In this document: positions 51,218 to 62,324 of the stretch, piece by piece
Position numbering within the stretch: position 1 is the first letter of the stretch
How the letters are laid out: every line of letters begins with the position of its first letter
Notes under the pieces: model-generated
Seen by the model: only the letters and a program-made list of their open reading frames with translations
What the model was told of the DNA's origin: nothing
Database searches by the model: none
From: Malacoraja senta
Taxonomy: Eukaryota
DNA length: 64,000 nucleotides
Assembly: GCA_038087875.1 (NCBI GenBank)
Contig: CM075998.1
Span: 3,598,001-3,662,000 of the forward strand
Direction: 5' to 3'
Position numbers and translations under genes: made by a program

Positions 51218-52869
51218 ACCCACCCTGCCCCACGCCACCCCACACCACCCTCACCCCACCCCCACCCCACGCCAGGTCTCTCTGTTTTTCCTGTGGACAG
51301 GACACACCTGGGCAATTTTCACATTGTCATGCGTTTCTTTACCTGGTCCTCTTCTCACTATTTCATTCGATTCTGCTCCCGTTCAATGTATCGTGTTCCT
51401 TTCCTTGTCAGTGTTCTTGACTCCTGTGCTTTTAAATTCTTGTTCTCAACTCCTCTTCCAATTTCTCTTCGTCTCTGATCGAGTTCCTTCACCTGTTCTC
51501 ATTCCTGTTCCTTTTTTTTTTTTTCTTTAAGAAGGAACTGCAGATGCTGGAAAATCGAAGGTAGACAAAAGTGCTGGAGAAACTCAGCGGGTGCAGCAGC
51601 ATCTATGGAGCGAAGGAAATAGGCAACGTTTCGGACCGAAACGTTGCCTATTTCCTTCGCTCCATAGATGCTGCTGCACCCGCTGAGTTTCTCCAGCACT
51701 TTTGTCCACCTATTTTTTTCTTGTCAGTCCGGCTTCATTCTTTGTACTTTCACCTATTGCTTTATTAATTCTCCTTTCTATTCTAGTTTTTTGTTGCCTT
51801 TGTTGGCCCTTTTGCTGTTGTAGTTTGTCTTGTTGCCCATTAAAAATGGTGCAGGCCATTTTGCTGGTGTTAATAAGATGGTACTGCCTATCACTACCCT
51901 ATTAATGCCAGATGTTGACAGCGAAAGTTACTGCAAAACATTAAGAGTCATAGAGTGATACAGTGTGGAAACAGGCCCTTCGGCCCACAACGACCAACAT
52001 GTCCCAGCTGCACTATTCCCACCTGCCCACGTTTGGTCCATATCCCTCCAAACCTGTCCTATCCATGTACCTGTCTAACTGTTTCTTAAATGTTGGGATA
52101 GTCCCAGCCTCAACTACCTCCTCTGGCAGCTCGTTCCATACACCCACCACCCTTTGTCTGCAGTAAGGATTTTGTGACTGCGCGAGGAGTGTAACAAAAA
52201 TCGTCCCAGTTAAAGACGTACAAAACTATCGAGCAGATTTTTTTGAAAGTAAATCCTTGAACTTTAATTATTAATAATGGTGTAATCATGAATAATTAAA
52301 GTGTAAATATGTTCTTGTTACTGAATGACGAACTGGACTAACAAAGCATTAATTATAGTCGACTCCTCTTGATCAAACTTACTTATACGTTTGCATCCGA
52401 AGTGATTGCATATCTTATTTGTATTTAAGTCCTGAGAGGTGCTGAATAATGAGAGGAGGTTTGGAATGGAATATTGGCCAGGCCACCACGACTAAACGTC
52501 ATCGTTCAGCAATGGCAACACAAGATTTTTATGGTTCACCACGACAGAAAAACAAGACTGCAAGTTAACGATTCAACCAAAAGTTAGTGCCCTAATCCAA
52601 ATCCCACACCATGGTCCCAATTCTTCCTATAAACCACTCCTGTGATTCCACATGTCAGCTCTGCTGACTTATTACAACACAGGAGGCCGCCATTTGGCCC
52701 ATTGGCTCTGTGCTGGCTCCCACCAGTCCAATCCTATTAGTCCCACTCTCCGCTATTTATTTCCCCGTTACCCAGCAACCCTGGGAGCTACCTTCTCTCA
52801 AACGACCGCAATTGCTTCATTAATTACAGTAACCAATTAGCCTACCTATGGATAATCCATGTATAATAT

Positions 52870-53700
52870 CCGGGATCAAAGATGATGGGGACGAGTCAGA
52901 GTACAGAAGTGAGATCGACCGATTGACCAAATGGTGCCAGCACAATAACCTGGCTCTCAACACCAGCAAAACCAAGGAACTGATTGTGGACTTTGGAAGG
53001 GGTATAATGGGGACCCACAGTCCCGTTTATATCAATGGGACGATGGTGGAAAGGGTCAACAACTTCAAATTCCTGGGTGTGCACATCTCTGAAGATCTTT
53101 CCTGGTCCCAGCACACTGATGCAATTATAAAGAAAGCACATCAGCGCCTCTACTTCCTGACAAGATTACGGGGAGTCGGTATGTCAAAGAGGACTCACTC
53201 GAACTTCTACAGGTGTACAGTAGAGAGCATGCTGACCGGTTGCGTCGTGGCTTGGTTCAGCAACTTGAGCGCCCAGGAGTGGAAAAGGATGCAGAATGTT
53301 GTGACCACTGCCCAGTCCATCATCGGCTCTGACCTCCCCACCATCGAGGGGATCTATCGCAGTCGCTGCCTCAAAAAGGCTGGCAGCATCATCAAGGACC
53401 CACACCATCCTGGCCACACTCTCATCTCTCCGCTGCCATCGGGTAGAAGGTACAGGAGCCTGAAATCTGTTACATCCAGGTTCAGGAATAGCCACTTCCC
53501 CACAGCCATCAGGCTATTAAACTCGCCAACAAACAGACTCTGAACTGTAACAGCCGATTGCACGTTATCTGCTTATTTATGTGTGTATTGAACTGAACTG
53601 TTGTGTATTTTTGTTTACAATATTCTGTTGTGCTGCAGCAAGCAAGAATGAATGTCATTGTCCTAATCTGGGACACATGACAATAAACTCTCTTGACTGG
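52870..53700 (+). mobile_element. Rex1/Babar-clade LINE 3' fragment; related copies at about 34628-35210, 47272-47625, 62758-63365
   Basis: KTKELIVDF, FKFLGVHISEDLSW, KAHQRLYFL, LPSGRRYRS, FPTAIRLLN. Confidence 0.85.
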
Positions 53701-54836
53701 ACTTGTAGTTATAGATCAAAATCTGTTGGCCAAACTTTATGCTAAGAATCCATTGCTCTCTATTTTACAATACAATGTAAAACTAATGATTATTTTCATG
53801 CTAATAGCATGGAACTCTCTTTCAAGCAGCGGGAAAATCTCCCAGCCCACTTAGACATCAGACTTACGTATGTATTAATGTGTTTGCTTGTTCCTCATCA
53901 TGACTCTACAATTTCCCAACAATTGCACGAATTCAGCATTAGAAAGATGGGGACATTTCAAACAACTGGCTGATGAATGTAGACCTATTGGGTAGAAGCA
54001 CAACATTATTGCTCTGATTCAACAGTAGCTAACAGAGTCATTGAAGACCATTTTCAGAAACTGGCATCCCATGTACATAGAGTACCTGAGAAACGTCCAA
54101 CCATATGTCCAAATCACTGGATGGATTTAAGAGAGTTAGATAGAGCTCTAGGGGCTAGTGGAGTCAAGGGATATGGGGAGAAGGCATGCACGGGTTATTG
54201 ATAGCGGACGATCAGCCATGATCGCAATGAATGGCGGTGCTGGCTCGAAGGGCCGAATGGCCTCCTCCTGCACCTATTTTCTATGTTTCTATGTTTCCAC
54301 CTAAAACAGGGAAAACCCCGGCCACTCCCTCTTCTCCCCTCGCCCATTCTCCCATCGGGCAAAAGGTACAGAAGTGTGAAAACGGACACCTCCAGATTCA
54401 GGGACAGTTTCTTCCAAAGATAGACACAAGAAGCTGGAGTAACTCAGCGGGACAGGCAGCATCCCTGGAGAAAAGGAATAGGTGACGTTTCGGGTCGAGA
54501 CCCTTCTTCAGACTGAGTCATGGGAAAGGGAAACAAGAGATATAGAGGGTGATATAGAGAGATATAGAACGAATGAATGAAACATATGCAAAAATAGTAA
54601 CAATGATAAAGGAAACAGGCCATTGTTAGCTGTGGCCTAGGTGAAAAAATGAGTCGGAGACAATGAGACAAGACGGCTTTGAAGCTAGCCATCAGTTATC
54701 AGACAACTGAACCATCCTACTAACAGCTAGAGAGCAGTCATGAAGTACTTTCTACCTCATTGGAGACCCTCGGATTATCTTAGATCAGACTTTACGGGCT
54801 TTATCTTGCACTAAACATTATTCCCTTTATCATGAA

Positions 54837-55412
54837 CTTGACTAAGTGGGACCCGTTGGGTCCCAGCTTCACACGGGAGGGCTGGTCCCCAACGCAATAT
54901 TCCACCTCTCCACCAATTCCAATATTGCTGGCCAGTGGGGGGGGAGGGGGCTTTCTGGAGCGCTAGTGTGGGTCTTGTGGGCCAAAGGGACTGGTTTCCA
55001 GACCACATAAAACCACATAAAACCACAAAAAGGACATAAAGGGCACTCACAGTTCAGTAGACACTCGGTATTGTGTAGATTCCCAGCTCAGACTGAGAGT
55101 CGTGGCCTCTCCCTCACCATCTTGCGGCGACTGAGCCACTTCCAGACTTCCGGGTTTTATAGTCCCTCTCCCCCCCCGGAAGGGGCGTGGCCTTCATTGC
55201 GGTGATTGACAGGATAGAGAATCTCAAGATTTTTTAACACTAATAACTCTTTTATTTTTCATCGATGGGAAAATTCCTCGGGGCCTGATCATCAGAGGAG
55301 GACTCTGAGTAAGATGGCCAAAAAATCACAGCCATATATGGTAGCGTTTTTTCTAAAATCAAACAACAGCGCAAACAGGAAGTGGTCAAGATGAGACTTT
55401 TAATGATATAGA
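54837..55412 (-). mobile_element. Non-autonomous Helitron, complete copy (576 bp)
   Basis: 5' TC(TATATCATT), 3' hairpin GGGACCC-AAC-GGGTCCC followed by CAAG (a CTAG variant). Inserted between A and T without a TSD. Confidence 0.8.
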
Positions 55413-55680
55413 TTTGTACACTATGGACAGCTGGATTGTAATCAGGTATTGTCTTTCCCCTGACTGGATAGCACGCAACAAAAGCTTTTCACTGTACCTC
55501 GGTACACGTGACAATAAACTAAACTGAAACTCAATGGCTATTTGAGGACTATTGCTGACACTGAATATTTCGGAGAAACACCATTTTTTATTTTTTTATT
55601 TATTTATTTGTTCCGAACAAGTCAAGACATAAATAGGAATAAATAACAACAACAAAATCGAAATAGTCAAACATTGGACA

Positions 55681-57376
55681 TAGAAACATAGAAACATAGA
55701 AATTAGGTGCAGGAGTAGGCCATTCGGCCCTTCGAGCCTGCACCGCCGTTCAATATGATCATGGCTGATCATCCAACTCAGTATCCTGTACCTGCCTTCT
55801 CTCCATACCCCCTGATCCCTTTAGCCACAAGGGCCACATCTAACTCCCTCTTAAATATAGCCAATGAACTGGCCTCGACTACCCTCTGTGGCAGAGAGTT
55901 CCAGAGATTCACCACTCTCTGTGTGAAAAAAGTTCTTCTCATCTCGGTTTTAAAGGATTTCCCCCTTATCCTTAAGCTGTGACCCCTTGTCCTGGACTTC
56001 CCCAACATCGGGAGCAATCTTCCTACATCTAGCCTGTCCAACCCCTTAAGAATTTTGTAAGTTTCTATAAGATCCCCTCTCAATCTCCTAAATTCTAGAG
56101 AGTATAAACCAAGTCTATCCAGTCTTTCTTCATAAGACAGTCCTGACATCCCAGGAATCAGTCTGGTGAACCTTCTCTGCACTCCCTCTATGGCAATAAT
56201 GTCCTTCCTCAGATTTGGAGACCAAAACTGTACGCAATACTCCAGGTGTGGTCTCACCAAGACCCTGTACAACTGCAGTAGAACCTCCCTGCTCCTATAC
56301 TCAAATCCTTTTGCTATGAAGGCCATTTATTTATGTCTTCCTTAGTGAACTTTTGCAGTCAGTTTTTATGTTCCCTGCCAGTTTTCTTTCATAATCTATT
56401 TTTCCTTTCCTAATTAAGCCCTTTGTCCTCCTCTGCTGGTCTCTGAATTTCTCCCAGTCCTCCGGTATGCTGCTTTTTCTGGCTAATTTGTACGCATCAT
56501 CTTTTGCTTTGATACTATTCCTGATTTCCCTTGTTATCCACGGATGCACTACCATCCCTGATTTATTCTTTTGCCAAACTGGGATGAACAATTTTTGTAG
56601 TTCATCCATGCAGTCTTTAAATGTCTTCCATTGCATGTCCACCGTCAACCCTTTTAGAATTAATTGCCAGTCAATCTTGGCCAATTCACGTCTCATACCC
56701 TCAAAGTTACCTTTCTTTAAGTTCAGAACCATTGTTTCTGAATTAACAATGTCACTCTCCATCCTAATGAAGAACTCAACCATATTATGGTCACTCTTGC
56801 CCAAGGGGGCACGTACAACAAGACTGCTAACTAACCCTTCCTCATTACTCAATACCCAGTCTAAAATAGCCTGCTTTCTCGTTGGTTCCTCTACATGTTG
56901 ATTTAGATAACTATCCCGCATACATTCCAAGAAATCCTCTTCCTCAGCACCCCTGCCAGTTTGATTCACCCAATCTATATGTAGATTGAAGTCACCCATT
57001 ATAACTGTTTTGCCTTTGTCGCACGCATTTCTAATTTCCTGTTTGATACCATCTCCAACTTCACTACTACTGTTAGGTGGCCTGTACACAACACCCACCA
57101 GCGTTTTCTGCCCCTTAGTGTTTCACAGCTCTACCCATACCGATTCCACATCCTCGAACCTAATGTCCTTCCTTTCCATTGCGTTAATCTCCTCTCTAAT
57201 CAGCAACGCTACCCCACCTCCTTTTCCTTTCTCTCTATCCCTCCTGAATATTGAATATCCCTGGATGTTCAGCTCCCAGCCTTGGTCACCCTGGAGCCAT
57301 GTCTCCGTGATCCCAACTATATCATAGTCATTAATAGCTATCTGCACATTCAACTCATCCACCTTATTACGAATGC
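55681..57376 (-). mobile_element. CR1 LINE with internal deletion (APE endonuclease region joined to the ORF2 C-terminus)
   Basis: ORFs 57123-57440 and 56331-57098 (GITETW, GVVYRPP, MGDFN, SDH motifs) abut 55778-56326. The RT core is absent. Confidence 0.88.
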
Positions 57377-57379
57377 TTA

Positions 57380-57549
57380 TTGCAAATATTGCCTGGACAT
57401 TCCAGGCAATATTTGCAAAGCAATGAAAAGCATAATGCAAGATTTAAATGTCCAACACTTTTTCTTTACAAGCTCGAAAAGGAGTGAGAAGAATAACTTA
57501 TTAAATCTCACCCCTTCTCCCTAAACCCTTCTTCCATATTTAATAATTA

Positions 57550-57580
<31 letters not shown>

Positions 57581-59173
57581 GCCCAGACAATTTTTAGAGA
57601 TACATACAGACATATATATACATACAACTGATATACACATACAAGTAATATGTATGAAGTAACCAAAACACATAGATAAATAATAAATAAAATAATAAAT
57701 AAACATTAACCCCTGTTTGTCAACCATCCTCTTCATCCCTGTACCTTGTGAAAAAAAGTTTTTGTATGTCATTTTGAACTGGTTCATGTTTGGACATTGC
57801 TTTAATTCCACATTCAAACTGTTCCACAATCCTACTCCACAGACCGAAATACAAAACGTTTTTCTGGTCGTGCGGACTCTTTGCACCTTAAAATTAAATA
57901 TTCTTCTTAAATTATAACCCCCACTCGCACATTAAATAATTTTTGTATATTTCCAGGTAAGTTTTTATTTTTGGCCCTAAACATTATCTGTGCTGTTTTA
58001 AATGGAACCAAATCTTCTAATTTTAATAATTTTGACTGTAAGAATAATGGATTAGTGTGACCCAGATACCTGACCTTGTGAATAATACGTATTGCTCTTT
58101 TTTGCTGAATAGTTAATGAATGTAACGAACTTTTATAGTTATTGCCCCAGACTTCTGCACAGTAATTTAAATAGGGTAAGATTAGTGAACAGTAGAGAAT
58201 GCGGAGTGATTTGTGATCCAGAACCTGCTTAACTTTGTGTAATACCGAAATGCTTTTTGACAGTTTGGATTGTACATGTTTAATGTGTGATTTCCAGCTG
58301 ATTCTATCATCCATTATAACCCCAAGAAATTTATGTTCATGAACTTGTTCAATTTCAACCCATTTATCTTTATATTTGCATGTGTTCTGCAATTACCAAA
58401 TAACATTATTTTGGTTTTGCTCAAGTTTAATGATATTTTGTTCCTGTCAAACCATGTTTTCAGTTTGCCCATTTCTTTTGTTATTTTGTCCAGTAGTTGT
58501 TTTAAATTCTCCCCAGAACAAAAAATATTTGTGTCGTCTGCAAACAAGACCAGCCTCAAGGCATTGGACACATTACAAATGTCATGATGAATAGTTTTGG
58601 ACCCAACACTGACCCCTGGAGGACACCACAAGCAATGTCCAAACATGTAGAACTGTAACTGCCCAGCTTCACAAACTGTTGCCTGTTACTTAAATAGCTT
58701 TTTATCCAATCCAGTACTAGACCTCTAATGCCATACCTTTCTAATTTTTTTAATAAAATATCATGATTAATCGTATCAAATGCTTTCTTTATATCAATAA
58801 ATATCCCAGCTGCATATAGTTTATTGTGATATCTTCAATTGATTCTATTATTGCAAGTGATGTTGATCTGTTTGATCTGAATCCATATTGACTTTCAGTG
58901 ATTAGTTTATGCTTTTCTACAAATATGTCTAGTCTATTGTTGAACATTTTTTCTAGTATTTTGGAGAATTGAGGGAGTAAAGAAACAGGTCTGTAGTTTG
59001 TGAAATGATGCTTGTTCCCAGTTTTGTATATTGGTATGACTTTTGCTATTTTCATGTTAATTGGAAAAGTACCGGTTTGGAAAGATAAATTACAAATAAA
59101 TGTTAGAGGTTTGGAAATCCCCTCAATGACCATCTTAATTAACGACATGTCAATGTCGTTGAAATCAGTAGAC
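57380..59173 (-). mobile_element. AT-rich L2/CR1-group (Crack/Daphne-like) LINE, RT region to 3' UTR; its 3' end probably continues at about 55590-55680
   Basis: YRPVSLLPQFSKILEK, QYGFR, LFADDTNIF, FLGVIMD, LNYCAEVWG motifs across ORFs 57907-59175. Confidence 0.85.
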
Positions 59174-59879
59174 ATCAGTAGACATCAGTAGACCATAAAT
59201 AATCATTGCTTATTTTTGTCTTTTCTGGGAAAAGCGAACTGAACAGATAAATTATTTTAGGAAAAGAGGTATCAGCAATTGATTTTTTTTACATTCAAAG
59301 TGGCTTGCCACATTGAAATAAAAGATGGGTGACATTTTTATTATTCTGGGTTTTTAAGAAGGAACTGCAGATGCTGGAAAATCGAAGGTAGACAAAAATG
59401 CTGGAGAAACTCAGCGGGTGCAGCAGCATCTATGGAGCGAAGGAAATAGGCAACGTTTCGGGCTGAAACCCTTCTTCTGAAACGTTGCCTATTTCCTTCG
59501 CTCCATAGATGCTGCTGCACCCCACTGGGTTTCTCCAGCATTTTTGTCTACCTTTTATTATTCTGGGAATGACGGAGATGTCTTTCCATCCTGCAGTCTA
59601 ATTATAGCGGTTGAGCACTACAATTGTGACCATAAAAAGCACCTCTGTTAATTTTGAGGAGTTAGTGGGTCAGAACATTAAAAGAACAGGTGCGGTGCTG
59701 TTGAAAAGTGGGTCATCTTGGAATAATTAGCCATACATTTTTGGGTTACCCACTTTCTGAATACAGGACAGTTCTTATTTTTTCAATTAACAGCCGGGAA
59801 TTACTAACCCTGTTTCCCTAAAATTGAAACTTTTAAGGATCAGCATTGTTTCTTCTGCCTTGTCAATTCTTCCCCCTTG

Positions 59880-60540
59880 TCAATTCTTCCCTTCCCTCCC
59901 ATACCACCCCCATCCCCTGGTACTTTCCCTTGCAACCGCAAGAGATGCAACACTTGTCCCTTCACCTCCCCCCTCTACTCCATTCAAGGACCCAAGCAGT
60001 CGTTCCAGGTGCGACAGAGGTTCACCTGCATCTCCTCCAACCTCATCTATTGCATTCGCTGCTCTAGATGCCAGCTGATCTACATCGGTGAGACCAAGCG
60101 GAGGCTTGGCGATCGTTTCGCCGAACACCTCCAGTCGGTCCGCAATAACCAACCTGAACTCCCGGTGGCTCAGCACTTCAACTCCCCCTCCCATTCCGTA
60201 TCTGACCTCTCTGTCCTGGGTCTCCTCCATGGCCACAGCGAGCAACACCGTAAATTGGAGGAAATGCACCTCATATTCCGCTTGGGCAGTCTACATCCTG
60301 GGGGCTTGAACATTGAATTCTCCCAATTCTGCTAGCCCTTGCTGTCCCCTCCCCTTCATCAGCCATCTGGTTGTCTCCTCCCCTCCCCCAGCCCTCGGGC
60401 TCCTCCTCCGCCTTTTTCCTTTTTTCCTTTCTTCTCCCCACCCCCTATCAGAAGGGTTTCGGCCCGAAACGTTACCTATTTCCTTCGCTCCATAGATGCT
60501 GCTGCACCCGCTGAGTTTCTCCAGCATTTTTGTGTACCTT
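59880..60540 (+). mobile_element. Penelope-like element 3' portion: GIY-YIG endonuclease domain plus terminal repeat
   Basis: ORF 59877-60335 contains PCNRKRCNTC...NLIYCIRCSRCQLIYIGETKRRLGDRFAEH (Cys motif plus GIY-YIG). It is followed by the terminal repeat that recurs throughout the window. Confidence 0.9.
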
Positions 60541-61144
60541 TGTTTCTTCTGCAGTTGTACAGAGCCCTAGTGAGACCACACCTGGAGTATTGTGTGCAGT
60601 TTTGGTCCCCTAATTTGAGGAAGGACATTCTTGCTATTGAGGGAGCGCAGCGTAGGTTTACAAGGTTAATTCCCGGGATGGCGGGACTGTCATATGCTGA
60701 GAGAATGGAGCGGCTGGGCTTGTACACCCTGGAGTTTAGAAGGATGAGAGGAAATCTCATTGAAACATATAAGATTGTTAAGGGTTTGGACACGCTAGAG
60801 GCAGGAAACATGTTCCCGATGTTGGGGGAGTCCAGAACCAGGGGTCACAGTTTAAGAATAAGGAGTAAGCCATTTAGAACGGAGACGAGGAAACACTTTT
60901 TCTCACAGAGAGTTGTGAGTGTGGAATTCTCTGGTTCGGAGGGTGGTGGAGGCCGGTTCTCTGGATGCTTTCAAAAGAGAGCTAGATAGGGCTCTTAAAA
61001 ATAGCGGAGTCAGGGGATATGGGGAGAAGGCAGGAACGGGGTACTGATTGGGGATGATCAGCCATGATCACATTGAATGGCGGTGCTAGCTCGAAGGGCC
61101 GAATGGCCTGCTCCTGCACCTATTGTCTATTGTCTATTGTCTAT

Positions 61145-61990
61145 TGTTACAAGGGAACAGGTTCAAGGATCTGACTAGTCGAACAGAAAAAGGCTCCCTC
61201 GTCCGTTTAGTTACAAATCAGTTTTATTGGCAAGAGAGGACAAAAACTATACTTGTCTGGGTATGCGCGGTGTCAGTTTTACAGCAGCACACCTCTCTCT
61301 CCCTCTCTCAAGTCAAGTCAAGTTGATTTGTCACATACACATACGAGATGTGCAGTGAAATGAAAAGTGGCAATGCTTGTGGATTGTGCAAAAAAAACAA
61401 CTACAAAACAGAATAGAACAGAATCAGTAATTACATATTTGTGAGAAAAAAACAGCAATTTTAGAAAGACACCACACAACAGTAAATTGGTACAGTAGGT
61501 TACTCCCTCTATCTCTCTGCCTCTGTCCGCGGCGCTGATCGTGAATCAGCCCGTTGGTGAACCCCTCTCATACATGAACTAACTTCTGGCTTACTGGCGC
61601 CTGCCTTTATACAGGTAAGAAATCAGCTGTTGAAATCACCGCCGGTACGGCCTGGCCAATAGTGCTGCTTCCAAATTCAAACTATATCCAATGGCAGGGG
61701 ACTGCATCCGAGCGAGGCCATACCCCTCCCCCCCCCGGGAATAAAGCGCTATCAGCCGCAGACTGGCGCGTAAAGCAATACACAGCACTACACACTTGCC
61801 GCGTAAATCAATACACACAGCGCTACAGACTTGGTGCGCAAAGGTTTAAACAGAGCGCTGTTGGCTTAGCAAATGGGGATTTAAACAAAGAGCTATCGGC
61901 TGCAGCACTATGAGTTCTAAATATAGCGCTACCATCCGCAGCGCTACGGGCTTTAAACATAGCGCTATGGCCACATCGCTATGGATCACA
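61145..61990 (-). mobile_element. Probable solo LTR, interrupted by a LINE tail at about 61309-61500
   Basis: TGT...ACA termini. The minus strand shows repeated AGCGCT motifs, ATTGG boxes, TATAAAG (~61604-61610), then AATAAAA (~61222-61228), in U3-R-U5 order. No TSD seen. Confidence 0.55.
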
Positions 61991-62027
61991 GACTGTTCGG
62001 GCAAAAGCATCAAACTGTATTTATTAC

Positions 62028-62324
62028 GGGCGGCATGGTGGCGCAGCGGTAGAGTTGCTGCCTTACAGCGCCGGAGACCCGGGTTCGATCCTGACCACGG
62101 GTGCTGTCTGTACAGTGTTTGTACGTTCTCCCCGTGACCTGCGTGGGTTTTCTCCGAGATCTTCGGTTCCCTCCCACACTCCAAAGATATACAAGTTTGT
62201 AGGTTAATTGGCTTGGTGTATGTGTAAATTGTCCCTAGTGTGTGTAGGTTAGTTTTAGTGGTCGGCGTGGACTCGGTGGGCTGAAGGGCCTTTTTCTGGG
62301 CTGTATCTCTAAACTAAACTAAAC
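62028..62324 (+). mobile_element. tRNA-derived V-SINE (HE1-like), representative full copy; others at about 135-425, 6310-6615, 8187-8480, 12395-12700, 13962-14280, 20640-20900, 22541-22783, 29655-29966, 46250-46550
   Basis: A box TGGCGCAGCGG, B box GGTTCGATCC, central V-domain-like TTTGTACGTTCTCCCCGTG...CCTCCCACA, CR1-like 3' tail and (TAAAC)n. Confidence 0.85.

Noticed and set aside
52150..52850. AT-rich unique stretch with TAAT clusters as a conserved enhancer
   Set aside because: Cannot be assessed without alignments; the motifs are expected by chance at this base composition.
62028..62100. tRNA gene
   Set aside because: The A/B boxes belong to a SINE head; there is no complete cloverleaf and the sequence continues into the SINE body.
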